From a bacterium (GTDB lineage: Bacteria > Patescibacteriota > Patescibacteriia > Buchananbacterales > GWA2-38-13): a stretch of DNA of 64,000 nucleotides. Below the pieces are notes generated by a model, which had not been told where the DNA came from, ran no database searches, and was given only the letters and a program-made list of their open reading frames with translations. The stretch's first letter is position 1, and each line of letters begins with the position of its first letter. The DNA lies in assembly GCA_030648715.1 (NCBI GenBank), contig JAUSGZ010000017.1, positions 5,108 through 69,107 on the forward strand, in the 5' to 3' direction. The position numbers and the translations under genes were made by a program. This document shows, piece after piece, positions 27,609 to 37,689 of the stretch.

Positions 27609-27838
27609 GGAAAGACCTCCTTTCGAGAGTTGTTGCCTGTTTTCCAGGCACGGGCACACCAAATTTTTTGCCGTACCACACAATGGCGCGGCCAAAGTTC
27701 ATAGCAATTGACTGATTTTCAAAGTACCGGACGTAACGTATCAACTGCCATCAATAAATATATATCATACGTCATCATCCACCAACCGAAGTATACTAAA
27801 ATTACAAAATTTTGTCAAGAGTAAGCCAAAATTTCCGC

Positions 27839-30800
27839 CTACTTCCAGACCGGCAGCGATTGAACGGCCTGTTCCAGCCCCAAGGGAGTATTTGCGAGGA
27901 TTCGGCCGTCGTAAATGAAGCGCTCGGCGGGATTCACCAGGTCGGGATAGACGCGTTCCAGCAGGAATTGCCGCGCCACAAATACCCCGCGCGCCGTCAA
28001 TGCCTTCGGTGACGCCGTATCGTCGCCGGTCATGATGCTGCCGCAGGTCAGAGGATCAGCGGCGGCGTTGCAGGCCGTCGCGCGGTTTGCCCAGTCGCCC
28101 AACGCAATGAGTGTGCTGTCCACCTGGGTAACGCTCGGGTCGATCTGCACGCCGCCCAAAACCAGCCACGCGGCAGACGCGATATTCTTCAGGCTGGTGG
28201 GGCCGGGCGCGTCGGTGTACTGAACGCCGTCACCAATATACAAGTTGCCGTTGATGAGGAACAGCGCCGACCCATCCTGACTGCCAAAATTATTGGCAAA
28301 TGAGAGCGCGCTCGAGGTGACGCAATCCCCGAGTGTACTGCCGTCCCAGTAGTAAATGTTGCCGCCCAGCACCGAGGGCAGCGACGACCCACTACCGTCG
28401 CAGGTATTGTACGTTGCCAGGTCGATGACGCGGGCGGCACCATAGCGGTTGCGCAACTTATCCAGCACCCCGCCAACGCTGGAAAAATTTGACCCGTTGA
28501 ACCCCTGCAAGAACCACAGGGTGCCTGCCGGCGTGCTGAAATCGTTGGTATAGCTGGGGAAAGACTTGGTCCAACCGGCATTGCTGTAGAATGGCAGTTT
28601 GCACGCTCCGCTGCCGAAATCGGCCCCGGATGCGCAGGTGGACGACCAGTTGTTGATGCTGCCGCCCGAAGTCAGGAGGAACGTGCTGTTCAGCGTCGGC
28701 GGCGGCGTCAGCGCCTCAAGGTTGTGTCCGGCAAAGACATCGCCGTACTGGGTCTGTGCCCACGGCTTGGGGTCGGAGAAAAGGCAATTGCTGACATTTC
28801 CAAAGTCATCGAGCGCGCAGATGTTGAAGTAGATCGTGCCGGTCAGCTTGGTCCACAACTGCGTCAAACAATTCGCTCCTTGATTACAGGTAATAACGCC
28901 AAGGTTGGCATCAAGTCGCGGACGCACCGTCCAGTCGCAGGCTAATGTATCCTCCTCGTGCGGCAACCCGCTCGCCGCGGCGGAGATATCCTCCCACACG
29001 AACGGGCCATCCGCGGCGTTGCCGTTGGTATCTTGACGGGCGATTATATCGGCGCTGATACTGCCAAACCAAATCTCGTAGTGCGCTTGGTTGTTCGTCC
29101 ACGACTGATACTCGCCCGAGGTCACCTCGCCGGTCGCCCACGGCCAGGTAATATCGTAGCGATTGACCGTATAGGCGCAAGGGAAATCATCCGACGTGCC
29201 CTGTGCCCCAAAGTTTGGGACCGGCAACGCCGGCAACGTCGGCCCTTGCAAGTCCAGCATCATCCGCTGGCGGCGCGTCCATTCTTTCCTGGTTTCTGCG
29301 TCGGCTTGGGTGCACGCCTGCGTGCAGGACGGCTGGCAACTGGCATCGCAGAGGGTGATGTTATTGTACAATCCTGGCCCAGAGAAACAGCCCGGGTCGG
29401 TATCCCACGGACAGCTGCTGTTGCCCTGCTCGAAATTATTCACTTCCAGCCACACTGGCAGACGCCGGTTGGCATACGTCACGCTGCCGGCCGGACAGCC
29501 TTCCCCATAGTTGAAGCAGCTGCTGGCCGCCGCCCAGTAGAACGTCACGTCGGTTAAATAGTTGAGATCAAAACCAGTGTTGGGCGCCGGCCAGGGGCGC
29601 GTTACGACGGGATCCGTCTGGCCGATGCGCGACGTCAGCGGCCAAAACTCATAGCCATTGTCCACCGAAGGATGCGGGGGGGGTGGCGGCTGCGGCAATC
29701 CCGCAGGCGGTTGCATTTTTGGCAGCGGCAGCGGCGGATCGGCTGGCGACAACGGCTGCTGGCTTGTATTGTCGCTAAAGTAGCTCTCGGAACACCAATA
29801 GCTTTCGCCGTCGCAGAACGGCCACCAGCCCGTGCCGGGCGGCGTCGTACTTATGTCTGATGGGTCTTTCCAGGTTGCCTGCTCGGTCGCAAACCACAGG
29901 CCAAGCTTCAGGTCTGACCCCTCGTAGTCGCCCATTTGGACCGTGATCTTCACGTCGCCGCGCGCCAATTCGCGCGTCGCCAGGTCGGAACTCCGCAAGG
30001 GTTTATCCTGGGTCGCGAACCGGTCGGCGTTGCCCGCCGCATCACCATGGAAACGAATGATGGGTGCAACGCACGAAGCCGCGGTATTTGGTATTCCCTC
30101 TTCATAGAAGTAGTTCAAGTCGTCCTTATACGGCGACGCATAGGATGCCGGCCACGTATTGCCGCCGAGGTAGCTGCGATTGCCGCAAAAGTTAATGTCA
30201 CTGGTACAGTCCGGGTCCATTACCGCCGGACAATCGGCGTCGCACACCCCATCATCGGCCGCCAGGCAACAATTTCCGGCCGTATTCGTGCAGCCATTGA
30301 TACAGTCGGGGTCCACTGCGAGGCCGCCGGCATCAATACTGCAATCCGGGTCGCAACGGTTGTCGGTATTGGCCTGGCAGCAACCGTCCGCCGAATTGTT
30401 ACAGAGCGTCGCGCAGTCCGGGTCCGCGGGCAGCCCGTCCGAGTAGGTAAAGCCGCAATTGTAGTCGCAGACGCCGTTCAACCGGCGGTCGCAGGCAGCG
30501 CCCGAATAGGCGATGGTCAGCGCGCCACAATCCGGGTCACGGCCGGCGGGACATCCATAGTCGCACATCCCGTCCAGCCATGGCTGGCAGCTGGCGACGG
30601 CCGGCCACTGCGCAGGAGTCGTACAGTCAGGGTCCACGCCTGCAGCGCAGTCGGTATCGCAAGCGTTATCGACGGCCGGGAAGCAGCAATCCACCGCCAC
30701 GCAATCAGGGTCCACCGGCTGGCCGCCGGTCAGCGGGCCGCAATCAATATCGCACACGCCGTTACTCCGGGCAAAGCCGGTGGCGGGATCGGTATTGCAG

Positions 30801-33800
30801 CCGGCGCCGCCGTCGGTGGAAACCGTATTGCCGGGAACATACGCCGGCCGCCAGGAGCAGAGGCCGGTGCGGCAATCCGGGTCGTTGGAACCGCTCACTC
30901 CCCTCTCCAGACAATCCGGGTCGCAGATACTGTCGCTTTGGCCGTTGCACGTGCCGTCCGGCCCGTCGTCACCGCTCCCGTTGGTGCCGCAGTTGGGGTC
31001 CAAGCCCGCCGGACAGTCGGGATCGCAGAACCCATCGCTGGCAACCGGCCAGCAGCCGTCGTCGCTGCCATTGCCGATGCCGCCGCAATCCGGGTCGACG
31101 ATGCTGGCAGCGAACGACCCATACGTGCAGTCCGCATCGCAATCGTCCGGCTCGTCATTGCTGGCATTGCAGCAGCCGTCGGTCGCATTGCTGCACACGC
31201 GCGGGCCGCAGTCGCGGTCGTAATTTCCGCTAAATGAGCAGTCGTAATCGCAGCCATCGCCCACCGGCGGCGGGTTGGGGCACGAAAAATTCTTGACCGC
31301 ATTCGCCGGCTTCCAGCAGTCCGGGTCAACCGCGCCCGGACAGTCGGCGTCGCAGACCGTATCGATGACGGGCAGGCAGCAATTACCGGCAGCGCTGGTA
31401 CAGACCGGACAATCCGGGTCCACAACCTTCCCCTCCGCATCCAAACCGCAATCCGGGTCGCAGACATCCGGGGTGTCATTCTGGGCCAGGCAGCACCAAT
31501 CATGGCCGTTCTGGCACGCCTGTTCGAACGCCCCGCGGTCGGCTGCCGCCGAGCCGATGGATGACTTTTGGATATTGCCGGTCGTCATCCCGCCCACCTG
31601 CACCTCCCAGAACCGGTTGGCCGGATCGGCTCCGTGGCGGAGGTCGTTGCGGCCGGTCAAGGCGCCGCCGCCCGTCCCGCCGCCGCCCAACGGATCGCTC
31701 GTGCAGTCAACGCACGACAGGTCGAAATTGGCCACGCTCTTCATGCTGATATTGTCGCCTTCCATGGTGCCGCTGCCCGGCGTAATGCGCGCATCAAGGA
31801 TGGTGACCTGGCTGCTGTCAGTAACCTCCACGCCATGGCCGAACGGGTTACGGATCTCCAAGCCATCGAACGTCGTGGTCGCATCGCTGAATCCGGTATT
31901 CCTCCCGACGATGCGGACGCACGGCCCGATGCAATTTTCGAGTTCAAGGTTCCGCGCATTCACCGGACCGGCGTAGTTGAATTCCAGCGGGTCGGCGCCC
32001 GACAATTTGCTCGCCACCCCCTTGAGGTTGGTGAACTGAAAAAAGGTGCTGTTGTTGGCGACTTGGAGGTGGTAGGTGCGCAACGGCGTACAGGTAGCGC
32101 CAATGCCGGCGCAGTCGGCGGCCGCGGTACACCGTTTTCCCCAGTCCAGCGTCGAACCCTGGCAGGTTTTCTCGAATTCCGGGTTGCTCAATGTCTGCAC
32201 CACGCCAGCGTCAACGTACTCACTCGTACCGTAGAAGTAGTAAAGCGGCGGGTGCAGGGCGCAGGTCACCGTCAGCTTCGGACGGTTCGCCGCCGTGCCA
32301 TTCTCCTCCTTATCGAAAGCGAACCCATCATCGTCGGCGGCGCCGTTATCGGGCGCGATCAGCAAACCTTCCGCGAGCCGCAGCCCCGACACCCACTCCT
32401 GCACCAGCTGACGGCCGTAGGCGTTGAGGGTATGGGTGTAGCTTCCCAATACCCCCGTACCGAAGCCCGTACCGCTGGCTAAATTGATGCCGTCCTGGTC
32501 CTGGAACGTGGATTTCGCCCCAGGAATGTTCCACGAGCCGGACGCAAACGGCCTATTCCAAGTCGCCTCGGCATCAATAAAGTAGTTCCGCAGCCCGTAG
32601 ATGGCAAACCGGTCCGCGGAGCTGTTCGTGACGTTGACCGTGAGCTTCACGTCCAGGACGGTGCAGCCGGGGGGCAGCACAAGATCCTGGGTTGAAAAGG
32701 GCACCCACCGGAGAAGTACGCGTGTCTCCTTGCCGGTGCCGTTGTTGTCGATATCACCGTCCACCGCCAAGGTCGCGTCGCCGTTCTTGGGCGTCGTCGG
32801 CTCCTTCTCATTAATGACGGTGTCGGACGTATCGTTGAACGTGGCCGTCGGACCCACGCCATCCTGCAGCTGGTAAGTGACGACGGTCGCGGACCCGCTG
32901 GGGCCGGCCGCATTCGTGCGCGCGACCGTGTGGCTGTAGTACTGGGTCGCGGAAAAATCCTCTGCGCCGTCGACGACGCGCGAGCCCGGGATACGCCCGA
33001 CCCAGAAGTAGGGCTGCTTGAGCGCGGTACCGGTGGAGGTCACGCGGTTGCCGAACCAGGTGATCTGCGTCGAATCGCCGATACGGATGCCCGGCGGGTC
33101 CTCCACATCCAGGCCGCCGAACCGGTCCGGGATCTGAACAACGTTGCCGCGAAAGATCATATTCCGAGCGTAGGAAAGCTGGATGCCCGGCCCATTGTTG
33201 TCTAAAAATTGATTGCCATCCACATCGGTGTAGCCGGACTGGAGGTACTCGTCCTCGGAAAACGCGGCCCCGCCTTGCGCGTTGCCGTTGAAGGAATTGA
33301 ACGCGATCTGCGTGCCGCTGCCGGCATCCTCCGCGCGCAGCCCCCACCCGGTATTGTTATTCACGGCGCTGTAGTTGAGGTACTGGTTGAATGGCCCGTC
33401 CAGCCATATCCCATCGCTCCCCTCGCGGAGCGTGGCGCCGGCGGCGTTCTTGCCATTCTCCACGCTGGCGAGCTTGTAGAACACATTGAGTCCGTATCCG
33501 CGGAGGTGCATGCCACCCGCAAAATTCCGGGTCGTGGTGTTGTTATACTCGTTCGGCTGGAGCCCGATCGGCCAGGTCCGAACATCATAGACGGAATACC
33601 CGTAGCACGGCGACGTGGGCGAGATATAGTTGCAGCTCGAGCCAAAACCCACATTCCACCCGAAAAAATTCCCCCAACCGGATTGCCCGCCCTCCGCGTA
33701 CACGCCGTACCGGCTGACGCTCCCCGAGAACGTATTGCGCCAAAAGAAGTTGTGGGTCGTGTCGGCATCGCGGCCGCTGTACGAACGCGTGAGCGCGACA

Positions 33801-36361
33801 TTGTCGCCCTGGCTGTCGGAGATGGTGTTCTCGTAGAACTGGCCGTACTGCGAGCCGTAGAGGAGGAGGCCGATGGCGTCCGTCGCGCCCCCCGTCCCGG
33901 TATCGTCAATGGTCGTATGATGGGTAATGACCTGGTCCACGTCGTACGCTAGGAGCCCGCCGTTGGTATTGGCCGAGAAAAGCGCGTTCCACACCAGCAG
34001 CCGGTTGGCGACGACCCCGCGCGACTGCGCCCGCACCCCCTCGTTGTTGGTCAGCAGCTGGATGCAGCCGGCAGTCGCACACCCCAGCGTCGTGCTGGAC
34101 GTGTCGAACATCAGCACGCCGTAGCCGTTGCTGGAAAACTGGCTGTTGCTGACCGCAATGTTGTAGCTGTTGACCGCATAAAGCCCGACCTGCGCGCCGC
34201 TGACCGAAACGTTGGTGACCTTTTGGGACGAGGCAACGGCCGTGTCGCATTTCCCATTGTCCAGGCTCATGCCGACGCACGCCAATTTCAGCGGGTCGCC
34301 GTTGGCGAGCGCCATGCCGCCCCCCAACAGACCGCCGAAATTCCGCACTTCGATGTTCTTGGCGCCAACGATGGTCAGGTGGCCAAGGTTGGCGAGGAAC
34401 GGGTCGGTAACGCCGTCAAATACCAGACCGTCAATGGTCGGCCCGAAATAGTAGAGCACCTGTTTGCCGGTGACACCCAGCCAGTTGAACGGCATGGGTG
34501 CGCCGCCGCCGGGCCGATAGGCGGGATTGGCGAAGACGTGACGGTAGTCGTTCAGCCGCAGACCCGCGGGGTAATTGGGGTCAACATCGGAAACGCCGTC
34601 CCCATCCACTCCTTTTTCGCAATACACGCCATCGCCATCCTTATCCGGGAAACAATCCTGGAGGTGGTCGGACAGCACGTTGTAGTACTGGCCGTAGCGG
34701 CCGTCGCGGATGGTCCAGACATTATTCCAGCGCAGGAGAAAATCCTCGGTGTTCTCGAGCTTGATGCCGTTGCCAAACCCCTCCAGCTCGCAGCCGACGA
34801 TAGTGCCGCGCCGGCGCGTTTGGTACGTGTTGTTGCTGGCAAGCCGCGTGGACGTGGCGTGGATGCCGACTGTGCTGGTGGCAAAAAGGTCCAATACCGC
34901 CGGGTTCAGCCGCAGCTTGCCGCCGAAGTCAAACTGTGCCTCCCAGTCGCAGTCCAAAATGAGATTGTCGGCCGCAAAACCGATGGCATCGCGCGTGCCA
35001 TCCCCCGGCGGATACGGCGGATCGAACGTGTAGAGGGTATTAGGCGCCAGACACGTGTTTTCCTGGAGAATTCTCGAAGAAGTCCACGTCCCGCCCGCCA
35101 GGCACGCCTTGCGATAATTCTCGGCGTTGTAGAGATCGGTTCGCGGCAGCCCATAACAATCGGGGTCGACGGATGGAGTGACGCAGTCGTAATCGCATAG
35201 ATTGTTGCTCGCGGTGTTGCAGCTGCCTGGCGTTCCGGTATCCTGCGGTTCGACGCTTGTGAAAATGTTGTCCTTTGTGACATCGTTGCCCGGCGATTGG
35301 AAACTGATGTCGTGACCGACCGACTCCAGACGGATACCCACCCCGCGGCCTGAAAATACGTTGTTGTAAACGTTGATGTAGTCCATCCGCGGGGTCAACG
35401 CGCCGCCGTTGTCCAAATACAGGTCGTTGAGCGTGCAGTCGGTGCTCATCGGCACGGTTTTGGTCGCACAGTCAATGTAGTTGGAGTGGATAGGCAGCCG
35501 GGCGGCGGCCTGGCCCAGCGGCGTACTCAAATAGATACCGGCCTCATTGGTGTAACTGTCGGCCGCCGTCTCGTAGACGGTGACGCGGTTGCCGGAAATT
35601 TCGCTGTCGGGCATGTGCAGGTTGGCAAGGTAGATACCCTGCTGGCCCACCTCCAGGATGTCGTTCTCCAAAATTTTTATGCCGGTCCCGTTACTGGCGC
35701 CGAAACTCCCGCGAATGCCGATCTCGGTCGTTGCCAGCACGCTGCCGGTCCAACGGCTGCGGATGGTATTGTTCTGCAGCGTCCAGTTGACCGTACTCTG
35801 AAAGCTGATGCCCTGGTCGAATCCTTCAATGACGCAATTTTTAATGGTGACGTTCTGTTTGCAGGCATCCTGACCGCCGCTGGCGCAGGGCTGCGAGCAG
35901 GTGTCATACTGCCGGGCCTCCGCAAAGCAGGCGGTACACGACCAGCCCCCGCGGAAGTAATCCCAGCGCGCGTCGATGCCGACGCCGGGAATGTTGCCGA
36001 TGTTATTGCGGTTCGTGTACAAGCGGTGCCCCTGGCAATCAATGGTGATGGGGGTGGCATCGTCGGTCGCGGCGATGCGCAAACCGTAAAAATATTCATC
36101 CGACTGCACGTTGCAGTGGCCCTCGCCGGCGTAGTAATCGGACTCATACCCATCGCACGGCCCCAGGTCGCTCGCCAGGGTAACATCGCCCACCACGTAG
36201 CTCCCGCAGGCGCACTGCCCCTGCCCGCCGCCGCACTCGTCATAGGAATACTGCTGGGCACCGACCGCGCGGGGCAGCAGGAACATCGCGCCGGCAGCAA
36301 CCGCTGCCGCTGCCCACGAGCGTACCCTGAACCCTTGCTGCAAAATACTGAGATGCCGCAT
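27839..36361 (-). CDS. Giant secreted protein (2841 aa): parallel beta-helix repeats, TSP3-like Ca-binding motif, Cys/Asp-rich tandem repeat array, large C-terminal domain; probable surface adhesin/fibre
   Basis: Signal peptide MRHLSILQQGFRVRSWAAAAVAAGAMFLLPRAVGAQQ. Right-handed beta-helix repeat signatures occur throughout (NNTIR...G.Y...N, GVLMFDTSSTTL...). It contains DKDGDGVYCEKGVDGDGVSD and ~13 CDxDC-x(5-10)-DPDC repeats. A GTG at 36427 is an alternative start. Confidence 0.8.
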   Translation of the reverse strand: MRHLSILQQGFRVRSWAAAAVAAGAMFLLPRAVGAQQYSYDECGGGQGQCACGSYVVGDVTLASDLGPCDGYESDYYAGEGHCNVQSDEYFYGLRIAATDDATPITIDCQGHRLYTNRNNIGNIPGVGIDARWDYFRGGWSCTACFAEARQYDTCSQPCASGGQDACKQNVTIKNCVIEGFDQGISFQSTVNWTLQNNTIRSRWTGSVLATTEIGIRGSFGASNGTGIKILENDILEVGQQGIYLANLHMPDSEISGNRVTVYETAADSYTNEAGIYLSTPLGQAAARLPIHSNYIDCATKTVPMSTDCTLNDLYLDNGGALTPRMDYINVYNNVFSGRGVGIRLESVGHDISFQSPGNDVTKDNIFTSVEPQDTGTPGSCNTASNNLCDYDCVTPSVDPDCYGLPRTDLYNAENYRKACLAGGTWTSSRILQENTCLAPNTLYTFDPPYPPGDGTRDAIGFAADNLILDCDWEAQFDFGGKLRLNPAVLDLFATSTVGIHATSTRLASNNTYQTRRRGTIVGCELEGFGNGIKLENTEDFLLRWNNVWTIRDGRYGQYYNVLSDHLQDCFPDKDGDGVYCEKGVDGDGVSDVDPNYPAGLRLNDYRHVFANPAYRPGGGAPMPFNWLGVTGKQVLYYFGPTIDGLVFDGVTDPFLANLGHLTIVGAKNIEVRNFGGLLGGGMALANGDPLKLACVGMSLDNGKCDTAVASSQKVTNVSVSGAQVGLYAVNSYNIAVSNSQFSSNGYGVLMFDTSSTTLGCATAGCIQLLTNNEGVRAQSRGVVANRLLVWNALFSANTNGGLLAYDVDQVITHHTTIDDTGTGGATDAIGLLLYGSQYGQFYENTISDSQGDNVALTRSYSGRDADTTHNFFWRNTFSGSVSRYGVYAEGGQSGWGNFFGWNVGFGSSCNYISPTSPCYGYSVYDVRTWPIGLQPNEYNNTTTRNFAGGMHLRGYGLNVFYKLASVENGKNAAGATLREGSDGIWLDGPFNQYLNYSAVNNNTGWGLRAEDAGSGTQIAFNSFNGNAQGGAAFSEDEYLQSGYTDVDGNQFLDNNGPGIQLSYARNMIFRGNVVQIPDRFGGLDVEDPPGIRIGDSTQITWFGNRVTSTGTALKQPYFWVGRIPGSRVVDGAEDFSATQYYSHTVARTNAAGPSGSATVVTYQLQDGVGPTATFNDTSDTVINEKEPTTPKNGDATLAVDGDIDNNGTGKETRVLLRWVPFSTQDLVLPPGCTVLDVKLTVNVTNSSADRFAIYGLRNYFIDAEATWNRPFASGSWNIPGAKSTFQDQDGINLASGTGFGTGVLGSYTHTLNAYGRQLVQEWVSGLRLAEGLLIAPDNGAADDDGFAFDKEENGTAANRPKLTVTCALHPPLYYFYGTSEYVDAGVVQTLSNPEFEKTCQGSTLDWGKRCTAAADCAGIGATCTPLRTYHLQVANNSTFFQFTNLKGVASKLSGADPLEFNYAGPVNARNLELENCIGPCVRIVGRNTGFSDATTTFDGLEIRNPFGHGVEVTDSSQVTILDARITPGSGTMEGDNISMKSVANFDLSCVDCTSDPLGGGGTGGGALTGRNDLRHGADPANRFWEVQVGGMTTGNIQKSSIGSAAADRGAFEQACQNGHDWCCLAQNDTPDVCDPDCGLDAEGKVVDPDCPVCTSAAGNCCLPVIDTVCDADCPGAVDPDCWKPANAVKNFSCPNPPPVGDGCDYDCSFSGNYDRDCGPRVCSNATDGCCNASNDEPDDCDADCTYGSFAASIVDPDCGGIGNGSDDGCWPVASDGFCDPDCPAGLDPNCGTNGSGDDGPDGTCNGQSDSICDPDCLERGVSGSNDPDCRTGLCSWRPAYVPGNTVSTDGGAGCNTDPATGFARSNGVCDIDCGPLTGGQPVDPDCVAVDCCFPAVDNACDTDCAAGVDPDCTTPAQWPAVASCQPWLDGMCDYGCPAGRDPDCGALTIAYSGAACDRRLNGVCDYNCGFTYSDGLPADPDCATLCNNSADGCCQANTDNRCDPDCSIDAGGLAVDPDCINGCTNTAGNCCLAADDGVCDADCPAVMDPDCTSDINFCGNRSYLGGNTWPASYASPYKDDLNYFYEEGIPNTAASCVAPIIRFHGDAAGNADRFATQDKPLRSSDLATRELARGDVKITVQMGDYEGSDLKLGLWFATEQATWKDPSDISTTPPGTGWWPFCDGESYWCSESYFSDNTSQQPLSPADPPLPLPKMQPPAGLPQPPPPPHPSVDNGYEFWPLTSRIGQTDPVVTRPWPAPNTGFDLNYLTDVTFYWAAASSCFNYGEGCPAGSVTYANRRLPVWLEVNNFEQGNSSCPWDTDPGCFSGPGLYNNITLCDASCQPSCTQACTQADAETRKEWTRRQRMMLDLQGPTLPALPVPNFGAQGTSDDFPCAYTVNRYDITWPWATGEVTSGEYQSWTNNQAHYEIWFGSISADIIARQDTNGNAADGPFVWEDISAAASGLPHEEDTLACDWTVRPRLDANLGVITCNQGANCLTQLWTKLTGTIYFNICALDDFGNVSNCLFSDPKPWAQTQYGDVFAGHNLEALTPPPTLNSTFLLTSGGSINNWSSTCASGADFGSGACKLPFYSNAGWTKSFPSYTNDFSTPAGTLWFLQGFNGSNFSSVGGVLDKLRNRYGAARVIDLATYNTCDGSGSSLPSVLGGNIYYWDGSTLGDCVTSSALSFANNFGSQDGSALFLINGNLYIGDGVQYTDAPGPTSLKNIASAAWLVLGGVQIDPSVTQVDSTLIALGDWANRATACNAAADPLTCGSIMTGDDTASPKALTARGVFVARQFLLERVYPDLVNPAERFIYDGRILANTPLGLEQAVQSLPVWK
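30180..31516 (-). repeat. Coding tandem repeat array within the giant protein: ~13 copies of a 25-40-aa Cys/Asp-rich module (CC-x6-8-C-D-x-D-C-x5-10-[VL]DPDC)
   Basis: Examples are CCLAQNDTPDVCDPDCGLDAEGKVVDPDC, CCLPVIDTVCDADCPGAVDPDC, CCQANTDNRCDPDCSIDAGGLAVDPDC and CCLAADDGVCDADCPAVMDPDC. It is mirrored on the plus strand as 'QSGS'-repeat shadow ORFs. Confidence 0.6.
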
Positions 36362-36405
36362 CACTGGAGGGAAATGCAGAACAGCGTTATACTGAAACCG
36401 TCCGT

Positions 36406-36909
36406 ATGGGAAAAAATCGCGCTCCACTTGCCGGCCTCGTCATTGCCCTTGGGCTCGTCGTACTTGGGTTGTTCCTGGGCGCGCGCTGGCTGACCACATC
36501 GCGACGTGCACCCGTCGCACCGGTAACCGTCTGGGGCCGGTATCTTGAGCGTACCCCCGACTCGCTGACAGTGACCGTTGACCAGTTGCCGCCGGCGGCA
36601 ACCCAACAGGCAAATCTCCTGCCGATGGGCACGGAACGGCGTACAGTCTTTCCGCTCACGCCGCAAACGACCATGGTGGCGGAATATTTCATGGGCGACG
36701 GTGAACTGGCAACGCTCATCCTGTCGGAACCGCTGAATTTCAATAACCTCTTGCCGGGTACCGTACTCCAGATCGAAGCCGTTCCCCTCGGCCGGGGAAA
36801 ATGGCGCACGCTGGCAGTCCGGCGCCGCCAGTCCATTGCCCGCCCGGATCCTGCTGCGGAAGATACTGCTGCTACTACGAACATCCCGCCACCTATCAGC
36901 CCCCCATAA
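36406..36909 (+). CDS. Hypothetical membrane-anchored protein (divergent from giant-protein gene)
   Basis: N-terminal TM LAGLVIALGLVVLGLFLGARWL, 167 aa, no recognisable family. Confidence 0.4.
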   Translation: MGKNRAPLAGLVIALGLVVLGLFLGARWLTTSRRAPVAPVTVWGRYLERTPDSLTVTVDQLPPAATQQANLLPMGTERRTVFPLTPQTTMVAEYFMGDGELATLILSEPLNFNNLLPGTVLQIEAVPLGRGKWRTLAVRRRQSIARPDPAAEDTAATTNIPPPISPP

Positions 36910-36936
36910 CGAGTGTGACGGCAGCGGGAAAATCTT

Positions 36937-36966
36937 TTGACAATGGAGGGCATTTTATTTTATAAT
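36937..36966 (+). promoter_or_regulatory. Consensus sigma70-type promoter upstream of lemA
   Basis: TTGACA (36937..36942), 18-nt spacer, TATAAT (36961..36966), about 65 nt upstream of the lemA ATG. Confidence 0.5.
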
Positions 36967-37031
36967 GCAACCGTTGGGATCACTTTTTTTATCCCTCAAG
37001 TCTAATTATTATACCACAAACGAACCCACGT

Positions 37032-37589
37032 ATGAATTTCAATGTACTCTACGTCCTCCTCGGAGTCGTCTTGGTCGTCGGCATCTGGCTGATCGCCGTC
37101 TATAACGGCTTAATCCGCCTGAAAAACCGGGTCCAAGAGGCCTGGTCGGACATTGAAGTCCAGCTCAAGCGACGCTACGACCTTATCCCCAACCTGATCG
37201 AAACGGTCAAGGGCTACGCCACCCACGAGCGCGAGTTGCTGGAAAAGGTCACCGCGGCCCGCACCGCGGCGATGACCTCGGGGTCCCTGGCGGAAAAAGC
37301 GCAGGCCGAGAACATGCTGTCGCAAACGCTCAAGTCGCTGTTCGCGGTGGCGGAGAACTACCCGCAATTGCGCGCGTCCGAGAACTTCGCCAAGCTACAG
37401 GATGAACTTTCCGACACCGAGAACAAGATCCAAGCCGCGCGGCGCTTCTACAACAGCCAGGTACGCGACTTCAACACCAAGATCCAGGTCTTCCCCAACA
37501 ATTTGATGGCGTCCAGCCTCGGCTTCAAGTCCCAGGAATTCTTCGACGCGGAAGCGGAGGCCGAGCAGCCGGTCAAAGTGAAATTTTAA
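37032..37589 (+). CDS. lemA: LemA family protein
   Basis: N-terminal TM, then the LemA signature NGLIRLKNRVQEAWSDIEVQLKRRYDLIPNLIETVKGYATHERELLEKVTAAR. Confidence 0.9.
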   Translation: MNFNVLYVLLGVVLVVGIWLIAVYNGLIRLKNRVQEAWSDIEVQLKRRYDLIPNLIETVKGYATHERELLEKVTAARTAAMTSGSLAEKAQAENMLSQTLKSLFAVAENYPQLRASENFAKLQDELSDTENKIQAARRFYNSQVRDFNTKIQVFPNNLMASSLGFKSQEFFDAEAEAEQPVKVKF

Positions 37590-37599
37590 ACAATTTACA

Positions 37600-37671
37600 T
37601 TTGACCATTAACCTTTGACCGTTGACTTTTAACGCGGTCGTCACCCAAGGTCAAATGGTAAATGTCAAAGG
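37600..37671. promoter_or_regulatory. Composite heptad-repeat element upstream of htpX: 4 tandem TTTGACC-type heptads, 21-nt spacer, 3 tandem GGTCAAA-type heptads in inverted orientation
   Basis: TTTGACC ATTAACC TTTGACC GTTGACT (37600..37627), then GGTCAAA TGGTAAA TGTCAAA (37649..37669). The element ends ~20 nt before the htpX ATG. Confidence 0.5.
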
Positions 37672-37689
37672 TTAAGTGTCGCGCCACGC

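Noticed and set aside
29936-31976. Several long plus-strand ORFs with 'QSGS' or Ala/Arg-rich repeats (29936..31237, 30180..30446, 30780..31223, 31275..31976)
   Set aside because: They are mirror images of the DPDC/Cys-rich repeat array of the giant minus-strand protein and are entirely contained in it. This is repeat-driven antisense ORF persistence.
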